Source: a virus
Lineage: Duplodnaviria > Caudoviricetes
Length of the DNA: 24,533 bases
Reading direction: 5' to 3' (one strand)
Virus record (IMG/VR): IMGVR_UViG_3300020045_000128
Location: 1 to 24,533 of that record
The translations under genes were made by a program, and so were the position numbers. Positions within the stretch are counted from its first letter, which is position 1; the number at the start of each line of letters is the position of its first letter. The notes beneath the pieces are model-generated. The model saw only the letters and a program-made list of their open reading frames with translations. It did not search any database and was not told where the DNA came from. Below are positions 1 to 9,419 of the stretch, piece by piece.

Positions 1-1078
1 CCATATTGCTCATCGCCAGACCACCCATGTTACGACCAGCATCCCCAAGAATAGATGCAAGAGAAAAATCGGATTGTCCTGCAGATTGAATAGATTGTTG
101 TGGGCTACCTGAAGAAAAGGTATCCAGGCCACCACCAAACCCATAATCAGGATTGGCTGTAGTCATACTATCTGATCCAGTAATCATTTCAGCATAACGA
201 TTTGGAGATACATCAGTTTGACCAGACATATCACCACCACTACCCTCTAGAGCAGCAAAATCAGCATCATCTCCACCAGGAGACAGCCAACTGTTTAAAC
301 TATTTTTATAGAAGTCCATTGCTCCCTTTCCTGCTGAGTTAAGTCCAGAGAGAACAGCACCAGTTGCCCCACTCTTAAGAATATCACTGCCATTACCGCC
401 CGATGCCAAAGTACCTAGAGCACTCCCAGCGCCTCTATTAACCATTCCGGCTAGGGTAGGGTTAGTCACCCCTGCATAGCCTGCTATAGACGTTCCTGGT
501 GTACCTGGGACGTATGCTGAAGGGTTATTTCCTGCAATTGCTGGTGTTCCAGCAGCCATTCCCTGTAAACCACCTCCAACAGCACCAGAAAGAAACCCTT
601 TTCCGAAGTTACCTCCCTGCATAGCAGAAAGTGTTCCACTAGCTAGTCCTTGCCCAGCAGCACCCCCGGCAATACCACCACCAAACATACTACCCAAGGC
701 ACTACCAAAACCCCCTGAAACCAAAGCGGGAATAAGCATCCCCGCAGCTTGGTCCATCCAATCGTCTCCTTTTTGTTTATATTGACCGATTGATTGTCCT
801 TTAGGATTAAAGGCATCTAATACACCAGCACCAGTGTTATCTTCAGGGGACCAATTAAAAGTATAATCATTAAAAGCAGATAGAGCCTCTTGATTAGGAA
901 CAGGATTCCAAACAATGCTGTTACTATCATTAAGTCCAAAGTCAGTGGCCCAACTAGGACCGTCTCCACGATTAGATCCTTCATTTATTCCTGAGAAGCC
1001 TTGGGAACTAAAAAGAGAGTCATAAAGACCACTTCCTAAAATACCCCCTAGATCGGAAAGTTCATATTGCCCTGCCAT
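1..1078 (-). CDS. Gly/Ser/Ala-rich putative DNA ejection (pilot/internal virion) protein, truncated at the window edge
   Basis: Not in the ORF track. Read manually from ATG at 1078 (SD AAGGA upstream): MAGQYELSDLGGILGSGLYDSLF...GGFGSALGSMFGGGIAGGAAGQGLASG..., open to position 1. Position after hub/tailspike matches P22-like ejection genes. Confidence 0.7.
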   Translation of the reverse strand, partial: MAGQYELSDLGGILGSGLYDSLFSSQGFSGINEGSNRGDGPSWATDFGLNDSNSIVWNPVPNQEALSAFNDYTFNWSPEDNTGAGVLDAFNPKGQSIGQYKQKGDDWMDQAAGMLIPALVSGGFGSALGSMFGGGIAGGAAGQGLASGTLSAMQGGNFGKGFLSGAVGGGLQGMAAGTPAIAGNNPSAYVPGTPGTSIAGYAGVTNPTLAGMVNRGAGSALGTLASGGNGSDILKSGATGAVLSGLNSAGKGAMDFYKNSLNSWLSPGGDDADFAALEGSGGDMSGQTDVSPNRYAEMITGSDSMTTANPDYGFGGGLDTFSSGSPQQSIQSAGQSDFSLASILGDAGRNMGGLAMSNM

Positions 1079-1087
1079 AATATTCCT

Positions 1088-1516
1088 TTAAGGTTTAGTA
1101 GTACCTAGGTCAGTGATTACAAGAACCCCAACTGTACTAATAGTAATTCTCCAATAATGTGGGGTTCCTTGTGTGTCCTTTAACACTAAACCTTTTGTTG
1201 CTAGATCAATGATAACATCATCAGTGGTGTCCACACCTTTAGTTGTTCTAGTTGAAGCATTAAGTCCTGCATAACCATTAATAGCGTTTTTATTTGCAAG
1301 ACTTTCTTTAGCATTTAACAAGGTATCTGTAGATGTTTTAGTGTAAGCATCAGTAATGCCATAACCAGAAAGAGAGGTAGGAGTAGATGTAATAGAACTA
1401 AAAGGAAACCCTGATGCAAAACTATTAATTAAAGTTCTTAACTTTTCATACCAGTCATTCCAATAACCAGAACCGGGGGCTACCCCTACAGGAAGAGGAG
1501 GAAGTTTATTTGACAT
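1088..1516 (-). CDS. Small tail-associated protein with tail-fibre repeat motif
   Basis: Contains TPTSLSGYGITDAY (PTTLAGYGITDA-type fibre repeat); TAATG-coupled to the tailspike. Confidence 0.6.
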   Translation of the reverse strand: MSNKLPPLPVGVAPGSGYWNDWYEKLRTLINSFASGFPFSSITSTPTSLSGYGITDAYTKTSTDTLLNAKESLANKNAINGYAGLNASTRTTKGVDTTDDVIIDLATKGLVLKDTQGTPHYWRITISTVGVLVITDLGTTKP

Positions 1517-3153
1517 TATAAAGTAGGAAGAGCCACAAGAGTAGCACTAGAAAAACCAACTGCTGCTGCTACAACACTAGCAGAGGCATTGTTATCTAAA
1601 TAAGCAGTTGTTCCTACAAGCTTACGAATATAAAAAGGACCACCAGCACCCGCAACTGTAATTCTTTGTCCTTCGGAAGTACCTGTTGCACTACTTAAAG
1701 TAAGGACGTTACTACCATTAGAAATAGTACCAGTAGTTGCGCCACCATTTAATGTACCTAGTGTACCACTGACAGTACATTTCCATCCAGTTGGTTGGCC
1801 CACAACAGGGGTTTCTCGAATAAGATTTTCTCCCACTGTATAAGTACCTGTTGTTGGTAAAGCTGTTACTACTTTATTAATTGTTGATCCTAAAGCAGCT
1901 TGATTACTTTGCATAATTGAAGCAGCCTCAATTCGGCTATTTTGACAAAAACCAGAAACATAAATAACACCATCATTTTGAGAAGATCGAAAACTTACAT
2001 CAGAAGACGATAAAACATAGCAATTTAAACTTAGTCCTGTCGATCCTGGGGGGGCTTTAAAAGGAGTCCAAACAGCACCACGTAAAATAGGTTGTTCTGC
2101 AATGAGAGTGCGATTAAAGTCAACTAAAGACATAGAGGGTCCAACTACGTAATGACCACCAAAACTTTGAAGCCCTTCCAATGTCCATGAAGAACCACTA
2201 CCATCAAGATAGTGTACTACACAATTATCAGTCCCAATGATTTCAAAATGACAACCATGCCATTCAATAGGCCCATTAAAAACACCTGTAATTGGGTTTC
2301 TATAAACAACTCCTTTACAATTAGCTGAGCCTGCACTATTGTACCCAATAACAGTACATCCATGCATTGAATAACCAGCAGCCCTAGAAAAAACTAAAAT
2401 CTCACAGGGAGAAATATTTCCAAAAGGACTATAAAACTCACATCCCCTCATTGTGTTGTCGGTATTAGGGCCTTCAATAGAAGAGGCACCATACCCAGGT
2501 AATACTGCAATTTCTGTATTTCTAGTGCTAGTAAAAAAGGTTGTATATTTTGCAGCACTATTTGTGTTTTCAAAACGACAATTATTCCAATCAGTAGATT
2601 CAGCAGCAATTGAAACAACTCCTGCTTTTGTATAACTTCCTGTAATCCATACATTATTAAATGTATTATTGTTTGCATTCCCACTAGTAGTCGTTCTGCA
2701 CATAAAAATAGCACATTGACTGGCAAGAGAAGAAGAATCAATTTGAAAATCAGAGAAATGAGCGTGGTTTCTACCAGCCATGTTTAGTAAAACTTCGCCA
2801 GCATTTAAAGGAACAATACGAGAAGCAAATCTCCCTGCACCAGTAATACCTAGTTGTTTATAAAAGTTAGCAGGATCGTCGTTTGTCCAATCAATATAAG
2901 ATACAGGAACAGTGCCCATAGGCAATGAAACTACACCACCTTTAGGTAAAGCTTCACATTCTGCTCTGGCACTAGCAAAAGCATTTTTACAATCATATGT
3001 ACTAGTTCCAGATTGAATGGCTGACCACTCAGTTACAGGAACATATTTAAGTAGCGGAACTTTTTCAGTAGCTTGATTATAAGTATAAAAATTAACATCA
3101 TTTAGCCAACTTGAGGCTACAACTGTCCCTGCTGTAAAATTAGTAGTAGCCAT
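1516..3153 (-). CDS. Tailspike / depolymerase with pectate-lyase-like beta-helix
   Basis: N-terminal anchor TNFTAGTVVASSWLNDVN; helix cap DCKNAFASA...GGVVSLPMGT; Asn/Gly-rich beta-helix rungs; C-terminal GTYTVGE...PTGWKCTVSGT motif. Confidence 0.8.
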   Translation of the reverse strand: MATTNFTAGTVVASSWLNDVNFYTYNQATEKVPLLKYVPVTEWSAIQSGTSTYDCKNAFASARAECEALPKGGVVSLPMGTVPVSYIDWTNDDPANFYKQLGITGAGRFASRIVPLNAGEVLLNMAGRNHAHFSDFQIDSSSLASQCAIFMCRTTTSGNANNNTFNNVWITGSYTKAGVVSIAAESTDWNNCRFENTNSAAKYTTFFTSTRNTEIAVLPGYGASSIEGPNTDNTMRGCEFYSPFGNISPCEILVFSRAAGYSMHGCTVIGYNSAGSANCKGVVYRNPITGVFNGPIEWHGCHFEIIGTDNCVVHYLDGSGSSWTLEGLQSFGGHYVVGPSMSLVDFNRTLIAEQPILRGAVWTPFKAPPGSTGLSLNCYVLSSSDVSFRSSQNDGVIYVSGFCQNSRIEAASIMQSNQAALGSTINKVVTALPTTGTYTVGENLIRETPVVGQPTGWKCTVSGTLGTLNGGATTGTISNGSNVLTLSSATGTSEGQRITVAGAGGPFYIRKLVGTTAYLDNNASASVVAAAVGFSSATLVALPTL

Positions 3154-4628
3154 TAATTAGTTCCTTTATTAATATCAACCTCAATGTCTTGAATGCGCAT
3201 AGGGTAATTATCAGAGTAAGTAAATTTAAAAATACGTTGTCTAAACCAACCAAGTTGTCTTGTACAAGATAAATCTTGTTTTAAATTGACAAGTCTAGCG
3301 GTACTAAATGTTTCATAGTCATCATCACTCCATTGAATAGAAATATTACTATTTGCGGAAGGACGATCACCTAAAATAGAAAGTCTATGCATTGTTTTTC
3401 TATTTAATGTCCCAAAGTCATTAGCTTCAGTGATAATGCTACAAGTAAAATTTGTTCCTGAGTCTTGATAAACACTTTCATCAAATTTAAAAATCTGACT
3501 GGTGTTATTATCCAAAGCAAAATAAGTTCTTACATTAGCTGTACTAATTGCATTGTTTGACATTAAAATGTCAAAGGTAGAGTTGTTTTGAAAAGCAAAT
3601 CTAGTGACAAGTCCACTATCTACATCAATAGCCCAGCTTTTACCACTGCCTGCATTTACTAAGTAGAAGGTATGCCCTTGAAAAGAAACAATTGCTCCTA
3701 TCCATGTACTAATACTGTCTGTAACAGTATTTAAATATCTACTAATTGAAGGACTTCCGATAGACTCAATTTTAAAATCTTTAAGCATGAATACATCGGG
3801 TTGTCCTGAAGCATCATTACCAATATAGTAAATAGTATTTCCATAAACAGCAAAGCCTGCAAGATAGGCATTAATCTTAACAGGCGTGTCGTTTCTTTGC
3901 CACGGACTGTCAGGAGCAGGATTTGCTGCATCCCAAAAGTATTCTACTGAGGTCTTACCAAAAGCAATAATGTAGTTGTTTAGTTTAGCAATCTTTACAA
4001 TTTTATCTGCTTCCATTTCAGTTGCAATAAAAGTATCTGCTGTAAAGACTAAAGGGTCATTTAGATCACTGTTCCATAAATTAGCTGTATTAGTTTCAGC
4101 AATAAATAAATAGCCATCTAAGAAAACAGGAGTAGGATGATGTGTTGGAATATCAACATCGGAACTAGTAACTACAGTGTTTGAAGTATCAATAGAAACA
4201 AGACCCGTGGTTGCTGTGCCATCACTTGCAATTACTTTAACAGTACCATCATCATAAAGAAACTCACAGAAACCTACAGCACCAGAGCTACTTGTAAAGA
4301 CATTTGTGAGAGTTGTACTTGCGGCTGTATTTACATTATAAATGTAAACGTTACGACCAACACAATAAAACAATTTACTTTCATCTGCCCAAAAATACAT
4401 TCCACGAATATTAGAGGCCCCTACAGAAGCAACAGCACTTACAGTACCACAACGTTTAATGATAAACCGTCTTTGATCTCCTGTTTTATTTTGTTTAACT
4501 ACTTCCATAAAAACATTTAGGTAGTCTTCGTCTTTACCTGCAAGACCCCCATCTCGCGTAGCAATTTCACGAAATAAAGACACCCGTTCAGAAGAATAGG
4601 TATCCTGTGTAGGTGCTTTGCTGTACAT
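3153..4628 (-). CDS. P22 gp10-like tail hub / packaged DNA stabilization protein
   Basis: 491 aa, beta-propeller-like; motifs VFLDGYLF, IAFGKTSVEYF, GHTFYLV, ISIQWSDD, RQLGWFRQRIFKF typical of gp10; follows the gp4-like gene. Confidence 0.85.
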   Translation of the reverse strand: MYSKAPTQDTYSSERVSLFREIATRDGGLAGKDEDYLNVFMEVVKQNKTGDQRRFIIKRCGTVSAVASVGASNIRGMYFWADESKLFYCVGRNVYIYNVNTAASTTLTNVFTSSSGAVGFCEFLYDDGTVKVIASDGTATTGLVSIDTSNTVVTSSDVDIPTHHPTPVFLDGYLFIAETNTANLWNSDLNDPLVFTADTFIATEMEADKIVKIAKLNNYIIAFGKTSVEYFWDAANPAPDSPWQRNDTPVKINAYLAGFAVYGNTIYYIGNDASGQPDVFMLKDFKIESIGSPSISRYLNTVTDSISTWIGAIVSFQGHTFYLVNAGSGKSWAIDVDSGLVTRFAFQNNSTFDILMSNNAISTANVRTYFALDNNTSQIFKFDESVYQDSGTNFTCSIITEANDFGTLNRKTMHRLSILGDRPSANSNISIQWSDDDYETFSTARLVNLKQDLSCTRQLGWFRQRIFKFTYSDNYPMRIQDIEVDINKGTN

Positions 4629-5017
4629 TATAAAAATTCCTTAAGGTATTTAATTCCATTTTCCAGAGTCTCTATCTTATCTCTAGCACTACCTAACATA
4701 CTATTACAATGATTACATAATAGACCACGTACTATACCAGTAGCATGGCAGTGGTCCACACATAGAGGCCGAACATCCCCGTTTCTATTTTTACAGGTTT
4801 CCTCTTTAAAACAAATTGCACATTTATTGTCTTGTTTTTTTACCAACTCAAAGTGATCTTCGGCTGACAGGTTATACAATCTTTTTCTTTGTGCTTTTCT
4901 AGAGTTCTCTAAGAGTGTTTCTTTGTTTTTTATCGCATACTCTTGGAAATACTCTTTCCATTTATAATGGTTTCTTTTTCTACACGCCTTTAAGTCTTCT
5001 TTATTTTTGTAAGGCAT
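4628..5017 (-). CDS. Recombination endonuclease VII family (His-Me) homing-type endonuclease
   Basis: QDNKCAIC...LCVDHCHATGIVRGLLCNHCNSMLG signature. Confidence 0.92.
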   Translation of the reverse strand: MPYKNKEDLKACRKRNHYKWKEYFQEYAIKNKETLLENSRKAQRKRLYNLSAEDHFELVKKQDNKCAICFKEETCKNRNGDVRPLCVDHCHATGIVRGLLCNHCNSMLGSARDKIETLENGIKYLKEFL

Positions 5018-5709
5018 TAATAATTCCTTGTAGGAGAAACAAAGAAACTTCCTGCTTCTTGTCCAGTCATTTGAGCTGTTTCAATATAATCTTTAGCTTC
5101 TGATTTTAATACTTGCCTATCAGGTAAAGGTACTCCCCATTCAGGGGCGAGTAACACTGCAACAGAGTAGATAATAGCATTATACCATTCCTCTGGAAAA
5201 TCTAATGTTTGACCACTTGCTGTAAAGAACTGAAAGGGTCGTTGATATACAAGAGTTACTGTAGAGGTATTTGTAGCTGAGGGACTAGGCCAGAAAGAAA
5301 TAATACCATAGTTAACAAATTGTTGGTAGTTTACTTTTAAAGGACTTCCACCTGAAGATGTGGGATAGATGTTAAAATCTTCCCTACCTTCAATCTCCAT
5401 TGGAATGTTTGCACCATTCTCACGTCTTACTGCTTGTAGTAGTTTAACAGGATAGGGGGTATTTAAAGTATAACCAGTTCCAATGGTGTAGGTAGAAGTA
5501 GTAGGAGTAAAAGTATACTCTGCTCTTGACCATAAAGGCATTCCAACAGCCCGTAATTGAGCTAGGGTGCTATTAAGAGCTACTTGACCATCAGCAAGGT
5601 TTTGTGCCGTAGGAGTCTGTCCTTCTGAGATAACACCAAGCTTTCGTAAGGAAGCTGTAATTAACTCATCTCTAGTAAGTTGATAAGAATAGATATTTGA
5701 AGTAGTCAT
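5017..5709 (-). CDS. P22 gp4-like head-to-tail adaptor
   Basis: ELITASLRKLGVISEGQTPTAQNLADGQVALN and FPEEWYNAIIYSVAVLLAPEWG are gp4-family-like; synteny with gp10. Confidence 0.85.
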   Translation of the reverse strand: MTTSNIYSYQLTRDELITASLRKLGVISEGQTPTAQNLADGQVALNSTLAQLRAVGMPLWSRAEYTFTPTTSTYTIGTGYTLNTPYPVKLLQAVRRENGANIPMEIEGREDFNIYPTSSGGSPLKVNYQQFVNYGIISFWPSPSATNTSTVTLVYQRPFQFFTASGQTLDFPEEWYNAIIYSVAVLLAPEWGVPLPDRQVLKSEAKDYIETAQMTGQEAGSFFVSPTRNY

Positions 5710-5724
5710 TGGTTTTTTATAAAA

Positions 5725-6486
5725 TTAAACACATTCTAAAACAACATCTAAGTGCTGCAAAACAGGTGTTTCTAATCCAGCACTCATTTGAAGTGTTGTA
5801 GATACAAAAAGACTATTTGTATCTAGATCAGAAACAGTTACAGAAAACGCTTGTTGAGAAGCTTGTACACCACTAAAAGCACTTAGTCCAGTAGATGGAG
5901 TTGTATTACCCACCGCTCCTAAATGCTGTAAAGTTGTTGCGTTAACTCTGCGAAAATCTTTTAGTGACCCTACTGATTTATTTGCTCCAGTAAGAGCACT
6001 GGAAGAAAATAAAATAGTATCTGAAGTAGTCCCAGCAGTTCCTATACGAATTCTAATTTGTAAAGTATCTGCGGTACCATTTTTTTCATATGCAAATTTA
6101 AAAGCTAACCTATCTCCATTTTTAGTTAGAAGATTCATAGGTAAAGTAAATTGATCCATAATTTGCTCTAGACTATTAACAACACCTGTGACACTTAATG
6201 GAAGACTTCGGAGAAGTATTTTACCACCTTCAGGCCGCCAATTAGTACCATTGTACATCCATAGACTAGGACCAATACCCAAATTTGTTACAATAAATTG
6301 CTGTCCTGTGGTTGGACTAGATACAGCTAGCATATTTGTATAAGTACCTGTTGTAGCACCACCTGCTAGGTTAGCAATAGCTTGTGTTGTGGTACGTACA
6401 GTTGATCCACTTTGCACAATCGGAACTAATTCAGTTCCAGTAAGACTACCCCCTACTGTTAAATTAGAAATCTTTGTATTTGCCAT
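5725..6486 (-). CDS. Virion fibre/appendage protein
   Basis: N-terminal ANTKISNL...LTGTELVPIVQSGSTVRTT anchor motif common in phage fibres; beta-rich body. Confidence 0.6.
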   Translation of the reverse strand: MANTKISNLTVGGSLTGTELVPIVQSGSTVRTTTQAIANLAGGATTGTYTNMLAVSSPTTGQQFIVTNLGIGPSLWMYNGTNWRPEGGKILLRSLPLSVTGVVNSLEQIMDQFTLPMNLLTKNGDRLAFKFAYEKNGTADTLQIRIRIGTAGTTSDTILFSSSALTGANKSVGSLKDFRRVNATTLQHLGAVGNTTPSTGLSAFSGVQASQQAFSVTVSDLDTNSLFVSTTLQMSAGLETPVLQHLDVVLECV

Positions 6487-6488
6487 TC

Positions 6489-6923
6489 TTACTCCAAAAT
6501 TAAAAGTAAATCATCTTCTGTAAGAAGAACATCTCCAAGTTCAGTAAGGAGATAAAAGGTTTCTACTGGAACAATAGAATTAACTTGTCCATGACCATTT
6601 CCAGAAAGATCAAAAAGCATTTGATAAGTATAAGTATTATTATCAGCTTGCATACAGTCTGCTGTTCCCATATCTGCATAACCTGATCGTGTAGTAATAT
6701 CACAATAAGAAACAAAGACAGGAGTATTATCCTTACTTACAATATCTGGAAATGCTTTTTCTCCATGAACTTTAATTAATGTTTGAGGGTGACGGGGCTC
6801 ATAGTCTTTTTTACAAACATACAGCCCTGTCCATTCTTTTTTAATTTCAGTAGAAGGAAACCAAAACCCGCACCGATGGCAGGCCATTTTGTATCCTTTA
6901 CCGGGCCATCCAATACGTTTCAT
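6489..6923 (-). CDS. Conserved phage protein, Cys-containing N-terminus and LLTE-repeat C-terminus
   Basis: CHRCGF...WTGLYVC..DYEPRHPQ; C-terminal YLLTELGDVLLTEDDLLLILE; SD AAGGAA upstream. Confidence 0.65.
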   Translation of the reverse strand: MKRIGWPGKGYKMACHRCGFWFPSTEIKKEWTGLYVCKKDYEPRHPQTLIKVHGEKAFPDIVSKDNTPVFVSYCDITTRSGYADMGTADCMQADNNTYTYQMLFDLSGNGHGQVNSIVPVETFYLLTELGDVLLTEDDLLLILE

Positions 6924-6948
6924 AAAGTTCCTTTTTATTCCCCACCGG

Positions 6949-6961
6949 CAGGGGCTTGGAA
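6949..6961. repeat. Left copy of an imperfect inverted repeat bounding the GC-rich cassette (CAGGGGCTTGGAA)
   Basis: Reverse complement TTCCAAGCCCCTG matches 8221-8233 TTACCAGCCCCTG at 11/13; lies 1 nt past the TGA stop. Confidence 0.7.
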
Positions 6962-6962
6962 G

Positions 6963-8402
6963 TCAGGCGGCGTAGGGCTGGATCAGCGCCCAGATGCGTG
7001 CTGCTAGGTCGGTATACCCGGCCGGCGTCATGTGGTTGTTGTCCTCGTTCACGCCCCCGGTCCAGTTGCCCACCGAGTCACCGTAGATCTGCAGCGGAGA
7101 CAGCCAGGGCACATTGAGCCCTGCCACGAACGCCTCGAAGTCGAGTGCCATTGCCATCTGCGCCGGCATGCCGGCAGGCCCCACGGGGAAGATGCTCACG
7201 ATCGCCGGGATGATTCCAAGTTCACGGCAGCGGTTGACGTGCTGCAGGACGCGCCACTTTGCGGCGGCCATCGTCGCTTCGGTTGGGGCGCCGTCATTGA
7301 TCGTGTAGCCCAGGAACACCGACACGCCCGGCTGCACGCCAGCCGAAAGAATCTCGGTTGCTCGCTGGAAGTAGGTGGCGCCGACTGCGCCGCCCTGCCC
7401 AGCTCGCGTGGCCTTGAGCTTCACGCCAGCAGACAGTGCGGCCTGCTCGATCTTGGTGGTCAGCGTGCGATAGGTGGTCGCACTCTCAGCCGCAGGCACC
7501 GAGAAGAACCGACTGTCGCCACACATCAGGAACGTCGGCTTGCGGTCGGTGGTGTAGCACTCGATGATGAACGGCATCACCGCCGAGTCGCTGAATGCTG
7601 GCGTGCTGGCTTGATTCCAGCCGGCGATGGTGCCCACATAGTCGCCCGAGCTTCGGTTGGCCCCCAGCACCACAGCCGGGCCGCACTCGGCCAGGAACTT
7701 GGTGGTGTCGGCAAAACCGCTGTAGCTGCAGCGCGTGAAGTAACCGGCGCCGGGGTAGACGCGGATCAGCAGGGGATACCAGCCGGTGAAACGGGCAGTC
7801 GGGTCGGATGCCAGTTCGCGCGCTTGCACCGGGATCAGGTCGGACCAGGCCACGTCCACCAGATTGGCGCCCAGGTCGGACGCCGCCCCCGTGGCGTTGC
7901 CGCCCCAGGTGACAGCCTGCCAGCCATCGGCCGAAAGCTCGTTCTTTTCCACGCCAGCCCGCATCGGCGTGATGAACTTCTTGGCGGCCGTGGTGTTCGT
8001 GTTGGTCAGGTCGCCGATTTCATCGGTGGCGGCAACCAGGGCTTTCAGCCCCGACAGCGCACCGTTGCCACCCAGGTGGGGCCAGCCGATGCGGACAGCG
8101 GAGAACTTGACCGGCAGCATGATGCACTGCACGTAGTTCGTGCTGTTCACGCTGTTGTCCACGTTGGCATAGCTGCCAGAGAAGGCCGACAGGTGCACGG
8201 GGCGCAGCGGCAGGCCACGATTACCAGCCCCTGTCACCAAGGTTTGGATTTCTGACCAAACCTCTCCATTACAAACAGCTTTATTTGTTGGACTGTTCCC
8301 TACATTAGCAAAACAACCAACATAATCAACAGGAGGAAATTTAGAAGTAAGTTCTTCAATGGTAGAGTAACTACCAACAAAACCATTTACTTGACGTGCC
8401 AT
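6963..8402 (-). CDS. Virion-associated SGNH/GDSL esterase-domain fibre (putative polysaccharide deacetylase)
   Basis: SGNH blocks CGDSR, AGQGG, GYTIND, DNNHMTPAGY; AT-rich ~57-codon N-terminal anchor fused to a GC-rich body. Confidence 0.85.
   Translation of the reverse strand: MARQVNGFVGSYSTIEELTSKFPPVDYVGCFANVGNSPTNKAVCNGEVWSEIQTLVTGAGNRGLPLRPVHLSAFSGSYANVDNSVNSTNYVQCIMLPVKFSAVRIGWPHLGGNGALSGLKALVAATDEIGDLTNTNTTAAKKFITPMRAGVEKNELSADGWQAVTWGGNATGAASDLGANLVDVAWSDLIPVQARELASDPTARFTGWYPLLIRVYPGAGYFTRCSYSGFADTTKFLAECGPAVVLGANRSSGDYVGTIAGWNQASTPAFSDSAVMPFIIECYTTDRKPTFLMCGDSRFFSVPAAESATTYRTLTTKIEQAALSAGVKLKATRAGQGGAVGATYFQRATEILSAGVQPGVSVFLGYTINDGAPTEATMAAAKWRVLQHVNRCRELGIIPAIVSIFPVGPAGMPAQMAMALDFEAFVAGLNVPWLSPLQIYGDSVGNWTGGVNEDNNHMTPAGYTDLAARIWALIQPYAA
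8221..8233. repeat. Right copy of the imperfect inverted repeat (TTACCAGCCCCTG), inside the CDS at peptide VTGAGN
   Basis: Coincides with the abrupt GC-to-AT transition. Confidence 0.7.
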
Positions 8403-8411
8403 AATATTCCT

Positions 8412-8654
8412 TTAATTTTTAACAACTTCATGGAGTCGTCGTTCAAATGTATTTTCCATTTTATCAAGACGAACCCATAGCTCATCTTTAAAGTCCCTAA
8501 ACTCTTCTCGTTTAAAGTAGTTATCTTTAATGTGGATAATATCTTTACGTTGCTCAGCAAGTTGTTCTTTTGTTACATCGTTTGCTTGTTTCATAAAATA
8601 CATAGCAATACCTAGTAAACCGTTTACAATTAAAGATAAAATAAGCTCATTCAT
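8412..8654 (-). CDS. Small membrane-anchored coiled-coil protein (possibly lysis-related)
   Basis: N-terminal hydrophobic helix ILSLIVNGLLGIAMYF followed by a charged coiled coil. Confidence 0.6.
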   Translation of the reverse strand: MNELILSLIVNGLLGIAMYFMKQANDVTKEQLAEQRKDIIHIKDNYFKREEFRDFKDELWVRLDKMENTFERRLHEVVKN

Positions 8655-8944
8655 TATGCACCGTAATGCACAATAAAAGAAGCACCAGTACCTGCTAAAA
8701 CTGCCCTAATACCATTTTCACAATAAAGGGGTTTAGTAAATACAATTGGCAAATAAACATCAGTAGTCTTACCAACAATCTTAGCAACCACTTTCCCTGA
8801 AGCAGCAGAGGCGTGGTCATAAATAGTTAAAGTAGGGGCGTTAGTCCCGTCTCCAAATAAAATTAAACTATTAATACGATTAGCACCAACACCTACTTGT
8901 GTAGTGGCAGTCTGTAAATCAGAGGTTCTTGCAGAAGTAGACAT
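8654..8944 (-). CDS. Small beta-rich virion protein (96 aa); start revised to ATG 8944
   Basis: SD AAGGAG upstream of MSTSARTSDLQ; the ORF-track start at 8986 lies at the terminator hairpin. Confidence 0.65.
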   Translation of the reverse strand: MSTSARTSDLQTATTQVGVGANRINSLILFGDGTNAPTLTIYDHASAASGKVVAKIVGKTTDVYLPIVFTKPLYCENGIRAVLAGTGASFIVHYGA

Positions 8945-8967
8945 ATAGCTCCTTAAATATATTAGAA

Positions 8968-8984
8968 GGAGGCTTTTCACCTCC
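8968..8984 (-). terminator. Putative intrinsic terminator/attenuator after the capsid genes
   Basis: GGAGGT-GAAAA-GCCTCC hairpin followed by only TTCT (weak U tract). Confidence 0.45.
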
Positions 8985-8993
8985 ATTGGACAA

Positions 8994-9404
8994 TTAATCG
9001 TCTACACCTTCCCCTGGCCCGGGAATAAAGAAGTCAATAACTACAAAACCAGTACCACCCGCAGTGGAGCTACCAACAGCATAGGTAACAGTAACTGGAG
9101 CATCTACAGTGAGTTTAGTTAGAACAGAAACACCCGCAGATGTTCCGGCATTAACCAAACCTACTTTAGTAGTAGCCATTGTAAAACTTTCCAAAATTCC
9201 ATCAACATCACTACCTAAACCTACTGTAAAGGTTGCAGCAGCAGTTGAAGCAGCAACGTTCTGTAGAACATGCACTCCAGTTACAACAGCATCTTTAGGA
9301 AGCCACGCTTTAGTCGTGGCATTATCAGTACGGTCTACAGCAAGAATAAGCTGTAAGGTAGAACGTCTTTTGGGATAGGAAAGACTAGGGTTAGTATAAC
9401 TCAT
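8994..9404 (-). CDS. Putative capsid decoration/cement protein
   Basis: Directly after MCP; LPKDAVVTGVHV...ATFTVG...VTVTY...GTGFVVIDF beta-sandwich pattern. Confidence 0.6.
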   Translation of the reverse strand: MSYTNPSLSYPKRRSTLQLILAVDRTDNATTKAWLPKDAVVTGVHVLQNVAASTAAATFTVGLGSDVDGILESFTMATTKVGLVNAGTSAGVSVLTKLTVDAPVTVTYAVGSSTAGGTGFVVIDFFIPGPGEGVDD

Positions 9405-9419
9405 AATCTCTCCTTAAAC

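Noticed and set aside
7032-8255. 407-aa plus-strand ORF and other ORFs within the GC-rich cassette
   Set aside because: Antisense shadow of a high-GC gene; no RBS or recognisable domain; the minus-strand ORF carries the SGNH motifs
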